A stretch of DNA of 64,000 bases, from contig JABHCC010000189.1 in NCBI GenBank assembly GCA_018669475.1, forward strand, positions 18,383 to 82,382, written 5' to 3'. This DNA comes from Bacteroidota bacterium. GTDB taxonomy: Bacteria; Bacteroidota; Bacteroidia; Bacteroidales; UBA12481. The translations under genes were made by a program, and so were the position numbers. The notes beneath the pieces were generated by a model that was given only the letters and a program-made list of their open reading frames with translations, made no database searches and had not been told where the DNA came from. Positions within the stretch are counted from its first letter, which is position 1. Each line of letters starts with the position of its first letter. Of this stretch, positions 36,842-47,419 are shown in pieces.

Positions 36842-39178
36842 TTAGTAATCCCCAGGCTTAGCTGCCATGAGGAAACGCAACACTCCTCCTTCTGCAATCT
36901 CTGAGTGTTGTATCCAGCTACGGTTCAGAACGGTATCATTCAGCCAAATATTTTGTACATAAATATTTTCAGGAGCATAATTATCAGCCTGAATTGTGAG
37001 AGTTTTCCCGTTGATTTCAACTTCAGCTGTTCTGAAAAGAGGAGCTCCAAGCTGATATATATCGGAACCGGCAATGGGATAAAATCCCATCGAACTGAAA
37101 ATATACCAGGCTGAAAGGGTTGCTCCATCATCATTTCCGTCTAAACCCTTATATGATGTATCATATTTATTATCAAGAATCCATCGAACCCATTTCTGGG
37201 TTAGGTCAGGTCTCCCGGCCACATTAAAAAGGTATGCAACGTGGATGTCGGGCTCATTACCGTGCCAGTAATACGGCCCGGGATTCCAGGCCCCCATCCG
37301 TGGATCAGATTCTGAAAAGAAGCTTTCAAGTTCACTCACAAATTTTCCCGGACTTTCATAAAGAGAAATCAATCCTGGGGCATCAAATGGAACTGCCCAA
37401 CGCCATTGCAGAGCACTTCCTTCGACATAATCATCTGTATATTTTTCTCTAAAGTCGAGATAGCTCAGTAATTTTGGCTTAAAATCCTTAACAAAACTTC
37501 CATCCGAATTTCGGGGATGAAAATATTTTGTCTCCGGATTCCATGTATTACGATAGTATTGAGTATGTTCAGCAAATAATTCAGCATCTTCTTTTTTGTC
37601 CAATGCCTTTGCCAGCTGTCCGATAGAATAATCTGCCCACGCATATTCCAGAGTTTTTGATACAGCTTTGTCCATGTCATCTGCTGAACAATAGCCGTAT
37701 TTCAGGTATGATTCAATACCTCTTCTTCCCGAGAATTCTGCACCTGGAGAGGTAGGGCCTAAGGCAGTATTTCGCATGGCTTCGTATGCATATTCAATAT
37801 CAAAATCACGAATACCCTTTAGCCAGGCTTCAGCTATGGTTATATCAGCAGGGCTACCCAGCATAGACCCGGTATACCCGTTTCCGGATGGCCATCTGGG
37901 CAACCACCCTCCTTCTTCTGTCATTTTGAGTAATGAAACCATCATGTCTCTCTGATCATCACGGGCGATGATATTATATAATGGATGCAAGGTCCTGAAA
38001 GTATCCCACAGAGATAAGTCTGTGAAATATTGAAAATCAGTAGCTTGGTGCACTTGATTGTCAAATCCAATGTATTCCCCGTTGATGTCATTGAAAACAG
38101 TTGGCATTTGAAAACTCCTGTACAAAGCAGTATAAAAAATTGTTCTCTGGGTTTTTGAAGCACCGTCGATCTTTATGAGTGATAATCTATCTTCCCAAAT
38201 CTCCTGTGCGTCAGCGAGAATTTTGTCAAATTGTTTATCGCCGGCTTCTGCTTCCAGGTTGGCCCTGGCATTATCGACACTTATGTGGGATATAGCCAGT
38301 TTTAGGACTACTTCTTTCCCATTGTCACCAAGTGAAAATCCAAGGTCAGCACCAATATTGTCTCTTTCAATTTTTCTTTTTTTGGAAGATCCTTCATGCT
38401 GCCAGGTTTGATAGTTCTTAAAAGGTTGATCGAAGCGGGCAACAAAGAACACCTTTTGTCCTCCATACCGACGAGCAAAGGTGCCAAATGTTCTTATACT
38501 GCCTTCAATCTCTTGTTTTTCAGGTAATACTCTTACAGTAGCTTCAGTGCTTTTTGCCTTTCCAATCGCATTACTAACATCAATCAGTAAATGAGCTTCT
38601 TCCGCCTCAGGAAAAGTGTAACGATGAATCCCAACTCGTTCTGTAGTAGTTAGTTCAATAAATATATTCCCATCGTGCAGCTTCACGGCATAATATCCTG
38701 GAAATGCTGTCTCATCCTTGTGTGAGAATTTTGAAAAATGCCCTGAGCTGTATTTTTTTTTCTTAATTGGTCCAGAAACGGGAATTACCAGAAAATGGCC
38801 ACCGTCAGTCGCTCCTGTACCGCTCAGCCGGGTATGGCTGAAACCGCATATTTTATTGTCTCCGTAATGATAACCCGAAGTGCTTTTACCCCTTCTATTT
38901 GTGAGGGCTGAAGCAGTTTCCGGACTCAGACGTACCATCCCAAAAGGTAGGGAGGCACCAGGGTAATTGTGGGCGCACACCCATGGATAACCTCCTGTGC
39001 CGATAAAAGGATTTACCTCCTTTATCAGCGGAAAGACTGGCTTGGCAGCATTTGGCATCAACTGAGGTTCAGCATTAACAATATGCCTGTGATTTATCCA
39101 GAGGCCTGTCAGGAACAATATACCGGCACATGCAACAAGGCCAATTGCCGCGATTAATCTTTTCCAGACTTTTTTCAT
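36842..39178 (-). CDS. GH92 alpha-mannosidase
   Basis: Motifs NPFIGTGGYPW, GFSHTRLSGTG, GNEPDIHVAYLFN and GNDDGATLSAWYIF. The ATG at 39178 (MKKVWKRLIAAIGLVACAG) is preferred over the TTG at 39241. Confidence 0.9.
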   Translation of the reverse strand: MKKVWKRLIAAIGLVACAGILFLTGLWINHRHIVNAEPQLMPNAAKPVFPLIKEVNPFIGTGGYPWVCAHNYPGASLPFGMVRLSPETASALTNRRGKSTSGYHYGDNKICGFSHTRLSGTGATDGGHFLVIPVSGPIKKKKYSSGHFSKFSHKDETAFPGYYAVKLHDGNIFIELTTTERVGIHRYTFPEAEEAHLLIDVSNAIGKAKSTEATVRVLPEKQEIEGSIRTFGTFARRYGGQKVFFVARFDQPFKNYQTWQHEGSSKKRKIERDNIGADLGFSLGDNGKEVVLKLAISHISVDNARANLEAEAGDKQFDKILADAQEIWEDRLSLIKIDGASKTQRTIFYTALYRSFQMPTVFNDINGEYIGFDNQVHQATDFQYFTDLSLWDTFRTLHPLYNIIARDDQRDMMVSLLKMTEEGGWLPRWPSGNGYTGSMLGSPADITIAEAWLKGIRDFDIEYAYEAMRNTALGPTSPGAEFSGRRGIESYLKYGYCSADDMDKAVSKTLEYAWADYSIGQLAKALDKKEDAELFAEHTQYYRNTWNPETKYFHPRNSDGSFVKDFKPKLLSYLDFREKYTDDYVEGSALQWRWAVPFDAPGLISLYESPGKFVSELESFFSESDPRMGAWNPGPYYWHGNEPDIHVAYLFNVAGRPDLTQKWVRWILDNKYDTSYKGLDGNDDGATLSAWYIFSSMGFYPIAGSDIYQLGAPLFRTAEVEINGKTLTIQADNYAPENIYVQNIWLNDTVLNRSWIQHSEIAEGGVLRFLMAAKPGDY

Positions 39179-39290
39179 CCGTTTATATTTAATTTTATTT
39201 GTTCCCGATTGAAATCGGGAGAGCTCACACAACAAAACCAATCATCAGTGTGTGTGTTAAAATATTTTTCCTTTTGTCATGCTCGGTTCA

Positions 39291-40568
39291 TCAACTAATC
39301 TTTTTCAAACGTTCGATACTTTGGATCATGGCCCTTACAGTATGATAGTTTACTTTCCATGAATGACTCATATGATCCCAAATAGGCTTGCCCTCCCTCG
39401 TGAGCAACGGAAACCATTCACCAACCTTATGGTTTATCACCTTGTCGAATACAAATCGATGTACATTCTTATATGCATCCCAGAATTTCTCTTTTCCAAA
39501 CATCAAATAGGCATCAAGAGCGCCAATCATTATTTCGGCTTGCTGCCAAAATTCTTTCTCCATGTCATATACACCGCCTGAATGAGGTCCCTCAACAAAA
39601 ACTCCTCCATATTTTTTATCAATTCCGTTATCAATGGTATGCTCAAATATTTCAGCTAATAGTTTTTGGTAATTATCATTTTTTACTCCAAGGATTTTCA
39701 GTGCATGAATCAAAAGCCAGGCAAACTCTGCATTATGACCATAACATGTATTGTCAGTTGAATTATCCTTCTCTCCCTCTTCCGAGAATCGATCCCAGCC
39801 CCAGATAATATCAAACTTTATCTGAGGTGCAATTTTCCAGTTTGGAAAATATTGGGGAATTCCGGTTTTATACCGGGGATGCATTATCCTGTTTAATAAG
39901 ATTTCAATGTCTTCGAGCAATTTTCTGCGATGCAGCTCATTATTACTACATTCAAATAGAGTAGTAAATGCTTCCATCAGATGCATGTGAACATCAAGAG
40001 TTTTCCGGTCTCCTCCCTTACTGCCAGGACCAGCCAGAGACCAGTTCCGGTCAAACATCTCAAAATATCCACCAAAATATGTATCCGTACAGTTTTTTTG
40101 TATCAGGTCAAAGGTCTTTTCTGCATATTCTCTTCCATGGGTGTCACCTGTGGCAAGAGTATATTCACTAAGTGAATAAATAGCAAAACTAAGACCATAC
40201 AGGATCTTCTTATCTACCTGTACATTCCCTTTTCTGTCCATCATCCAATAAAAACCACCATATTCCTTATCCCACATTTTATCTATCATGAAGTTAACTC
40301 CATGCTTAGCCATACCGGCCAATGCACCATCTCCGTATCCTGCTCTATGTGCAGATGACAGTGTGTAAACAGATCGGGATTGAGCTATCAGTGATTTTTC
40401 ATCCTCTCCCGTATCAAGCCCATCTCTGTCAAAATGTGTAATATACCCACCATTCCTTTCATCAATCATTCGGTTTGTCCAGAAAGGCAAAAGCTCGTTT
40501 CTCAGGTGGTTCTCAGCTTCATTTAAGTACTTACTTATTTCTTCATTTTGCATACTGCATGTCTTCAT
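39291..40568 (-). CDS. AGE-superfamily epimerase/isomerase (N-acylglucosamine 2-epimerase / cellobiose 2-epimerase / mannose isomerase-like)
   Basis: (alpha/alpha)6 pattern with ELLPFWTNRMIDERNGGYITHFDRDG and a repeated W/H-rich helix spacing typical of AGE enzymes. No signal peptide. Confidence 0.8.
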   Translation of the reverse strand: MKTCSMQNEEISKYLNEAENHLRNELLPFWTNRMIDERNGGYITHFDRDGLDTGEDEKSLIAQSRSVYTLSSAHRAGYGDGALAGMAKHGVNFMIDKMWDKEYGGFYWMMDRKGNVQVDKKILYGLSFAIYSLSEYTLATGDTHGREYAEKTFDLIQKNCTDTYFGGYFEMFDRNWSLAGPGSKGGDRKTLDVHMHLMEAFTTLFECSNNELHRRKLLEDIEILLNRIMHPRYKTGIPQYFPNWKIAPQIKFDIIWGWDRFSEEGEKDNSTDNTCYGHNAEFAWLLIHALKILGVKNDNYQKLLAEIFEHTIDNGIDKKYGGVFVEGPHSGGVYDMEKEFWQQAEIMIGALDAYLMFGKEKFWDAYKNVHRFVFDKVINHKVGEWFPLLTREGKPIWDHMSHSWKVNYHTVRAMIQSIERLKKIS

Positions 40569-40599
40569 TATTGCAATGTTGCACTAAAAGTTACTTCTG

Positions 40600-40607
40600 C
40601 AAAAATA
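40600..40607 (-). promoter_or_regulatory. Candidate -7 promoter box (TATTTTTG on the minus strand, matching TAnnTTTG)
   Basis: The plus strand reads CAAAAATA, 32-39 nt upstream of the minus-strand ATG at 40568. Confidence 0.25.
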
Positions 40608-40726
40608 CCTACTTTTAATATAATAGAAAGTGAAGTTATTTTCAACTATTGTTAAGAAACAGGTTGTTTATAGCCCATATGTGCTGTTAATTAGCTGTTG
40701 CGTCGAATTTTCATACATTACTAGTC

Positions 40727-42958
40727 ATGCGAAAAGCTATAATATTCCTTACAGCCCTTCTGCTTGTCGGCTGTGGGCCTCAGTCTGACAGTAAATCGAA
40801 TCTCCAATATGTTGATCCTCACATTGGTGGTATGGGACATCTTCTTCATCCGACCCGGCCCAATGTTCAACTACCAAACCAGATGATACGGATGCACCCT
40901 TTACGTGCCGACTATCTTGATGATCAGATTAGCTTTTTCCCTCTGACAATGATTTCTCATCGTAAAGGAGAGCTATTTGGGATTATGCCTTACGTCGGCT
41001 CAATTAGTGATGAAAAGTGGGATATTCGTCAAACTTATGACCATGATCTTGAAATTGTACATCCCTATTACTATTCAACCTACATGATTGATTCCGATAT
41101 CAGAGTTGAATTTACCCCAGGTAGTAAAGCCGGATACTTCAGGTTTACTTTTCCAGAGAAAGGCAATAGGATAATAAAACTTCAGACTAATCATGAGGGA
41201 AAATGGAAGATTAATCCTGATAACTCTGTTTCGGGAGTCGAATCCTTTTATGGGATGAAAGCGTACGTTTATGCAGAATTTGGCCAGGAAGGAAAGTCAT
41301 ATCTCAATGAAGTGGTATTATATGAATTTACCGAGGAAGAGGACAGACTTGTCGATTTTAGATATGGAATTTCCTTTATCAGCGTTGAACAAGCCAAAGA
41401 TAACATGGCAGATGAGATTCCGATATGGGATTTTGAAGCTTTAGAAAACAAAGGAGAAGATGCCTGGTCTGACAAGCTTGGACAAATTCAGGTCAGGGGA
41501 GGTAGCGATGCTCAACGACGAACTTTTTACACATCCCTGTATCGCTGTTATGAGCGTATGGTAAATATCAATGAAGATGGAAGGTATTACAGTTCTTATG
41601 ACCACAATGTACATGTCGATGATCGCGATTTTTATATCGACGATTGGGTTTGGGATTCTTACCTTGCACATCACCCCCTGAGGACATTACTCGATCCGAC
41701 TGCTGAAGCAGATATGCTGCAATCTTATGTAAATATGTATGAGCAATATGGCTGGATGCCCCAATTTCCCTTACTTTACAGAGATGATCCGGCGATGCAC
41801 GGTTTTCACTCTACCATAGTTTTTCTGGATGCATGGAGAAAAGGAATCCGCGATTTTGATATAGAAAAGGCATATGAAGGGATGAGAAAAAATGCCCTTG
41901 AGGCAACAATGCTGCCCTGGCGAAACGGTCCGAAATGTGTCCTCGACGATTTCTATCGTGAAAATGGCTTTTACCCTGCACTTAAACCCGGAGAAATAGA
42001 AACAATTGAGGAAGTTCACAGTTTTGAAAAACGCCAGAGCGTTGCTATTACCTTGGCACACAGTTATGATGACTGGGCGCTTGCTGAAATGGCCGGTGAG
42101 CTGAAAAAAACAGAGGATTACAAATATTTTACCGGGGAGGCAACAAATTATCGTAATTTATATCGTCCTGACAAAAAACTGATGTGGCCCAAAGATTCTA
42201 TAGGGGAGTGGATAGATATTGATCCGAAATTTGACGGAGGCCCAGGCGGCAGAGATTATTATGATGAGAACAACGGGTATACCTATGCATGGCAAGCACA
42301 GCATGATATACATGGACTGATAAAACTGATGGGCGGACGGGAAGAGTTTATAACAAATCTTGATCAGCTATTTCGCGAAGACCTGGGCCGCAGGAAATGG
42401 CAATTCTGGGCCAAGTTTCCGGATGCTACCGGTTTGGTTGGACAGTTTTCAATGGGAAATGAGCCAAGCTTCCACATTCCATACCTATATAATTATGCAG
42501 GTGAACCATGGAAAACTCAAAAACGAATCAGGTTCTTGCTAGACGTCTGGTTTCAAGATAATATCTTCGGTATTCCTGGAGATGAAGATGGTGGAGGCAT
42601 GACTGCCTTTGTAGTATTTTCATCAATGGGATTCTACCCTGTAAGCCCGGGATTACCTGTCTATTCTATTGGCAGCCCGGTTTTTGAGGAGATCTCAATT
42701 AAGCTTGATAATGGAAAAACCTTTACAATTCAGGCTCATAATTGCTCGAAAACCAATAAGTATATCCAGTCGGCAAATCTTAATGGTGAAACCTTAAGCC
42801 GCCCTTGGTTTACTCATGACGATATTTTGAATGGAAGTACTCTTGAACTTGAAATGGGTCCATATCCCAATAAACAGTGGGGTGCATCAATTAATGCCGC
42901 TCCACCATCAAAGGTGATATTAAACAGCTCGAAGAAAGGCAGTGAAAATGAAATTTAA
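40727..42958 (+). CDS. GH92 alpha-mannosidase-like lipoprotein
   Basis: Lipobox LLLVGC. Motifs VDPHIGGMGHLL, MGNEPSFHIPYLYNY and GDEDGGGMTAFVVFSSMGFYP. Confidence 0.85.
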   Translation: MRKAIIFLTALLLVGCGPQSDSKSNLQYVDPHIGGMGHLLHPTRPNVQLPNQMIRMHPLRADYLDDQISFFPLTMISHRKGELFGIMPYVGSISDEKWDIRQTYDHDLEIVHPYYYSTYMIDSDIRVEFTPGSKAGYFRFTFPEKGNRIIKLQTNHEGKWKINPDNSVSGVESFYGMKAYVYAEFGQEGKSYLNEVVLYEFTEEEDRLVDFRYGISFISVEQAKDNMADEIPIWDFEALENKGEDAWSDKLGQIQVRGGSDAQRRTFYTSLYRCYERMVNINEDGRYYSSYDHNVHVDDRDFYIDDWVWDSYLAHHPLRTLLDPTAEADMLQSYVNMYEQYGWMPQFPLLYRDDPAMHGFHSTIVFLDAWRKGIRDFDIEKAYEGMRKNALEATMLPWRNGPKCVLDDFYRENGFYPALKPGEIETIEEVHSFEKRQSVAITLAHSYDDWALAEMAGELKKTEDYKYFTGEATNYRNLYRPDKKLMWPKDSIGEWIDIDPKFDGGPGGRDYYDENNGYTYAWQAQHDIHGLIKLMGGREEFITNLDQLFREDLGRRKWQFWAKFPDATGLVGQFSMGNEPSFHIPYLYNYAGEPWKTQKRIRFLLDVWFQDNIFGIPGDEDGGGMTAFVVFSSMGFYPVSPGLPVYSIGSPVFEEISIKLDNGKTFTIQAHNCSKTNKYIQSANLNGETLSRPWFTHDDILNGSTLELEMGPYPNKQWGASINAAPPSKVILNSSKKGSENEI

Positions 42959-45317
42959 AGACAAGTTTTTAACCTTCATGGTGATAGGAATTATCACTCT
43001 GGGATGTGTGAAAACCAAAGAACCTGTAGGCTATGTTGATCCATTTATTGGAACAGATTTCTTTGCACATACATACCCGGGGCCAGGATTGCCATTTGGA
43101 ATGGTACACCTGAGTCCTGACGGATATACAGAGGGATGGACATACGCATCGGGCTACCAGTACGCAGACAATACCATAATGGGATTCAGTCATACTCATT
43201 ATAGTGGAGTGGGGATGACCGGTAAGGGTGATATTCTAATAATGCCAACGGTTGGACAGAAACTCCAGGTTATTCCTGGTTCACGAGAAAACCCTGATGA
43301 GGGTTATCGGTCAAGGTTTGAACACAGTGAAGAAACTGCATCTCCGGGTTATTACTCAGTTCATCTGAAAGATTATGACATCCTGGCTGAGTTAACTGTC
43401 ACCAAAAGAGCCGGGATGCACAGATATACATTTCCAAAATCAGATTGTTCTCATATCCTGATTGATCTGGGCCATTCCATCGGAAGGTCCTCAGATGAGG
43501 AGTCGAGAATCAGAATTGTAGATGATCATATTATCGAAGGATATAAAATCTCCAAAGAGACCATAGTATATTTTGTAGCAGAATTCGATAAGGAGTTTGC
43601 CGCTTATGGAACCTGGGACGGAAACTTTAATACACCGGAATCCGGAGCCGGACTTTTCCCATATCGGTCTGCAGAATCAGGTAGCAATATTGGAGCCTTT
43701 GTGAATTATGTAACCACCTCTGATGAAGTTATTTTGCTTAAGATAGGTCTGTCTTATGTAAGTGTTGAAGGAGCCCGAAATAATCTGAAAGCCGAAATTC
43801 CTGATTGGAACTTTGATGATGTTAAATCGGAGGCAAGAGAAATCTGGAATAAAGAATTGGGTAAGATTCAGGTAAGGGGAGAATCTGAGGAGCAAAAGCA
43901 AGTTTTTTATACGGCTCTCTATCGTTCATTGTTGGCTCAGGGCATATCCTCTGACGTAGATGGTAAATATTTCGGAATGGATGGCATGATTCATACAGCT
44001 GAGGATCATCAGTTCTTTCCTTCCTTTTTCTGTTGGGATACGTACCGCTCTGAGCACCCACTCATGACTATAATTGAGCCTGAATATGTGAATGATATGA
44101 TCAAATCAATCGTATCAAAGACAAAAAATTTCGGGTGGTTGCCGGCACAACACTCACGTAATACTTTCGGACAGGGGATGGTGGGGGACCACCTTGTTCC
44201 GATTATAGTAGATGCGTATATGAAAGGTTTCAGGGATTATGATGTTGAATTCATTTATCAGGCGATGAGAACGAAAGCCCTGGAACTTCCACCCCCGCCC
44301 CTACCTCCATCCTACGGCCGATCCGGATTAAAATACTACATGGAACTGGGTTACATACCTGTCGATAAGGTTCCCGAATCAGTATCCAATACACTTGAAT
44401 TGTCATATGATGACTGGTGCCTGGCACAAATGGCACAAGAGCTTGGGTATGAGGAAGATTATCAGATATTTATGGAACGTGCTGGGAACTATAAGAACCT
44501 ATTTGATCCTGGAACTAATTTTATGCGTCCGAAAAACCTGAATGGCACATGGTTAAGATCTTGTGAAAATCTGCCAGCAGAAATTACAAGAAATGAGGAT
44601 CATACATATTACAGCTGTTTTGATCCCCTGCTGGTAGGCAGGCGTCCGAACAGGTACTTTACTGAATCAAATGCCTGGCAATATAACTGGTCTGTACAAC
44701 ATGATATCGGTGGACTGATCAAGCTCCTCGGAGGTAACAATGATTTTGCTGCCAGGCTTGATACCTTCTTCACCATGAGTCCAGATATCAGTGAGCCAAA
44801 GTATGTTGGAGTGGTGGGTACAATCGGCCAGTATGTTCATGGTAATCAACCTTCACATCATGTTGCCTATCTGTACAATTATGCCAGAATGCCATGGAAA
44901 ACACAGGAGAAGGTCAGCCAGGTCATGAACCTCTACAGAACAGGAGCAGGAGGTATTTGCGGCAATGAGGATATGGGTTCTCTTTCATCCTGGTATGTGC
45001 TGAGTGCAATGGGTTTCTATCCCGTTTGTCCGGGGCAGAATGTGTATTTAATTGGAACCCCTCTTTTTGAAGAAGCAATAATTTCTTTAAATAGTCATAA
45101 TAAATCCAGGCAGTTCATTGTGAAAGCTAATAATGTTTCGCTGGAGAATAAATATATTCAATCAGCTATCCTGAATGGAAAGCCGATGAAAAAGAGCTGG
45201 CTCTCTCATGATGAGATAATAAATGGTGGCACTCTTATTTTCGAAATGGGCCCTGCCCCTAATATGGAATGGGGTGCCAATCCTTTAGATCTCCCCCCTT
45301 CAATGGAAAGTCAATAA
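42942..45317 (+). CDS. GH92 alpha-mannosidase lipoprotein
   Basis: Lipobox IITLGC. Motifs VDPFIGTDFFAHTYPGPGLPFGMVHLSPD, GFSHTHYSGVG, HGNQPSHHVAYLYNY and GNEDMGSLSSWYV. Overlaps the upstream stop by 17 nt. Confidence 0.9.
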   Translation: MKMKFKDKFLTFMVIGIITLGCVKTKEPVGYVDPFIGTDFFAHTYPGPGLPFGMVHLSPDGYTEGWTYASGYQYADNTIMGFSHTHYSGVGMTGKGDILIMPTVGQKLQVIPGSRENPDEGYRSRFEHSEETASPGYYSVHLKDYDILAELTVTKRAGMHRYTFPKSDCSHILIDLGHSIGRSSDEESRIRIVDDHIIEGYKISKETIVYFVAEFDKEFAAYGTWDGNFNTPESGAGLFPYRSAESGSNIGAFVNYVTTSDEVILLKIGLSYVSVEGARNNLKAEIPDWNFDDVKSEAREIWNKELGKIQVRGESEEQKQVFYTALYRSLLAQGISSDVDGKYFGMDGMIHTAEDHQFFPSFFCWDTYRSEHPLMTIIEPEYVNDMIKSIVSKTKNFGWLPAQHSRNTFGQGMVGDHLVPIIVDAYMKGFRDYDVEFIYQAMRTKALELPPPPLPPSYGRSGLKYYMELGYIPVDKVPESVSNTLELSYDDWCLAQMAQELGYEEDYQIFMERAGNYKNLFDPGTNFMRPKNLNGTWLRSCENLPAEITRNEDHTYYSCFDPLLVGRRPNRYFTESNAWQYNWSVQHDIGGLIKLLGGNNDFAARLDTFFTMSPDISEPKYVGVVGTIGQYVHGNQPSHHVAYLYNYARMPWKTQEKVSQVMNLYRTGAGGICGNEDMGSLSSWYVLSAMGFYPVCPGQNVYLIGTPLFEEAIISLNSHNKSRQFIVKANNVSLENKYIQSAILNGKPMKKSWLSHDEIINGGTLIFEMGPAPNMEWGANPLDLPPSMESQ

Positions 45318-45404
45318 ACTATGCGTATTGAATAAGATATTAGAAGTTTAGAATACTCATTTGGTTTTACTTTGTATGGATAAACAAAAACAGGAGACTC
45401 GCCT

Positions 45405-46904
45405 ATGTTAACAGGCATTGACTATTTTATCGTAATAGCATACATAATTGGGATCCTGATTCTTGGTTATTATTTTAAGCGATTCGTAAACACATCTGAA
45501 GATTACTTCCTGGGGGGTAGGAGCCTGCCTTTTTGGGCTATTGGGATGTCTATTGTTGTTTCGGACATTGGTGCACTTGATTTTGTGGGTGTATCAGGAC
45601 AAGCATATCGGTATGGAATTTCAGTAGGCAACTTTGACTGGATCGGATCTGTTCCTGCGATGCTTTTGGCTGCATTTATTTTCATCCCTTATTTTTGGCG
45701 AGGAGGGATGTACACCATACCTGAGTACTTAGGAAGAAGATATAATAGTTCTGTTCGTACCATAGCCTCATTAACCTGGATAATATTTTTTGCTGTGGAT
45801 TTGGGAGTGCTTTTCTGGGCCAGTGCGGTATTACTCAATGTTCTGATGGGCTGGCCAATCTGGATGTCAATAATGATAACAGCTGGTGTTGTTGGTCTCT
45901 ATACTTATTTTGGAGGAATTACGGCCGTCGTGATGACGGATGTGGTTCAAATGGTTATTATGTTTGTTGGTGGCCTGACCTTAACATTTTTAGGCCTGCA
46001 TGCTGTTGGTGGTTTTGATGTCCTGGTTGATAAAATAACTACTATGGGCCCTGAATATCGAAGTCATTTCGATCTTATTCAATCCTCTGATACGAAGACT
46101 CCCTTTCCCTGGACAGGCATATTATTTGGTCTTACCTTTGTCATGGCCAATGCCTATATGATTGGTAATCAGTCGATAGTGCAGCGATGTCTTACGGCGA
46201 AAAATGAATGGCATGCAAAAGCGAGTATGGTATTTGCTTCCGGGCTTAAAATGCTAATCCCAATTCTGGTACTTTTCCCCGGACTTATGGCGATTATCAT
46301 TCATCCCGGTTTGGAGGATGGTGACCAGTCTTTGCCAATGATGATAAAAAGCATACTGCCACCTGGTCTTATTGGATTAGTATTCGCTGCATTTTTTGCT
46401 GGCTTGATGTCAAGTGTTGATTCGATATTAAACTCTACTGCAACGCTTTTTACAAAAGATATCTATGAGCCTTTCATAAAAAAAGGAGCAAGTGATGTGC
46501 ATTATCTAAAAGTTGGTAAACTGACCACTCTGGTGTTATTGATTATTGGTGTTGCTACTTCGCCAATAAGTAGCAAGTTCCCTGGAATTTATGTTGCTGT
46601 ACAAACCTTTTTGTCATTCTTTCAGGGGCCATTATTTGCGATACTTCTTCTTGGAATTTTCTGGAAACGAACAACCCAGTGGGGCGGACTCTCAGGTATA
46701 ATAATTGGTATTGGGTTTGCGACTGTACTTAACCTTTTTAAGGGTGAATTCTTCACAATAGAAGATCCTTTCCTCTATGTGTCATGGTGGTCGTTTTTAG
46801 TAGGTTTTATTGTTACTGTTACTGTAAGCCTGATTACTCCCCGACATTCAGATTTAAAACTGGAAGGATTAGTTTACAAAAGATTTGGAAAAAAAGACAA
46901 ATGA
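45405..46904 (+). CDS. Sodium:solute symporter (SSS/SGLT-like)
   Basis: About 13-14 TM segments. Block YFLGGRSLPFWAIGMSIVVSDIGALDFVG. Confidence 0.85.
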   Translation: MLTGIDYFIVIAYIIGILILGYYFKRFVNTSEDYFLGGRSLPFWAIGMSIVVSDIGALDFVGVSGQAYRYGISVGNFDWIGSVPAMLLAAFIFIPYFWRGGMYTIPEYLGRRYNSSVRTIASLTWIIFFAVDLGVLFWASAVLLNVLMGWPIWMSIMITAGVVGLYTYFGGITAVVMTDVVQMVIMFVGGLTLTFLGLHAVGGFDVLVDKITTMGPEYRSHFDLIQSSDTKTPFPWTGILFGLTFVMANAYMIGNQSIVQRCLTAKNEWHAKASMVFASGLKMLIPILVLFPGLMAIIIHPGLEDGDQSLPMMIKSILPPGLIGLVFAAFFAGLMSSVDSILNSTATLFTKDIYEPFIKKGASDVHYLKVGKLTTLVLLIIGVATSPISSKFPGIYVAVQTFLSFFQGPLFAILLLGIFWKRTTQWGGLSGIIIGIGFATVLNLFKGEFFTIEDPFLYVSWWSFLVGFIVTVTVSLITPRHSDLKLEGLVYKRFGKKDK

Positions 46905-46941
46905 TAATTGTGTAATGGTTACTTAAAACGGAGAATGAAAT

Positions 46942-47157
46942 ATGCTAAACTTTGATTGGCTTGCGGGAGTATCGCAGGAGACAGCTAAAATTGTTTTCCT
47001 GAGCCTGTTCATTCTCATTGCAATTGTTGTCTTACTGATCCCGAATGACTATATTTTTCAAGGAGTGAAAAAAAAGGACAGACATTGGTGGAATAACCTG
47101 AAAATATGGGCCATATTTGTGTTGGCCTCATTGTTCTTTGTGTATTATATATTCTAA
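46942..47157 (+). CDS. Small two-TM membrane protein (71 aa), unknown function
   Basis: ORF with two hydrophobic helices, 37 nt after the SSS stop. No family recognised. Confidence 0.4.
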   Translation: MLNFDWLAGVSQETAKIVFLSLFILIAIVVLLIPNDYIFQGVKKKDRHWWNNLKIWAIFVLASLFFVYYIF

Positions 47158-47165
47158 TCATTATC

Positions 47166-47384
47166 ATGGACGAAAGAGAAAAAGTAAACAAAATCAAAAA
47201 TGCAAAGATTAATAATGCATTGGGTGTGTTCATCCTGTTTTTTGGCTTCATCGTGATTTTTGCGATGATATTCGCGGATACTTTTGTTCAGCAAATGACA
47301 AACCTTGTTGCCGGTCTTGTTCTTTGTATTATTGGTGGTGGTATGATGTTAAAATCCAGAATAACTATGAGATCATTAAAATAG
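47166..47384 (+). CDS. Small two-TM membrane protein (72 aa), unknown function
   Basis: The ATG at 47166 (MDEREKVNKIKNAK...) lies 8 nt after the previous stop. Two hydrophobic helices. The ORF-track start at 47106 would overlap the previous gene. Confidence 0.4.
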   Translation: MDEREKVNKIKNAKINNALGVFILFFGFIVIFAMIFADTFVQQMTNLVAGLVLCIIGGGMMLKSRITMRSLK

Positions 47385-47419
47385 TGGTATCAGAGTTATG
47401 TTAAGCTCACTACCAGAAG

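Noticed and set aside
39179-39241. TTG-initiated 21-aa extension of the minus-strand GH92
   Set aside because: The internal ATG at 39178 gives a standard leader (MKKVWKRLIAAIGLVACAG). The extension has no signal-peptide character.
47106-47165. Longer start (47106) for the second mini membrane protein
   Set aside because: It would overlap the first mini-ORF by 52 nt in another frame. The ATG at 47166 gives a tidy 8-nt spacing and a polar N-terminus before the first helix.
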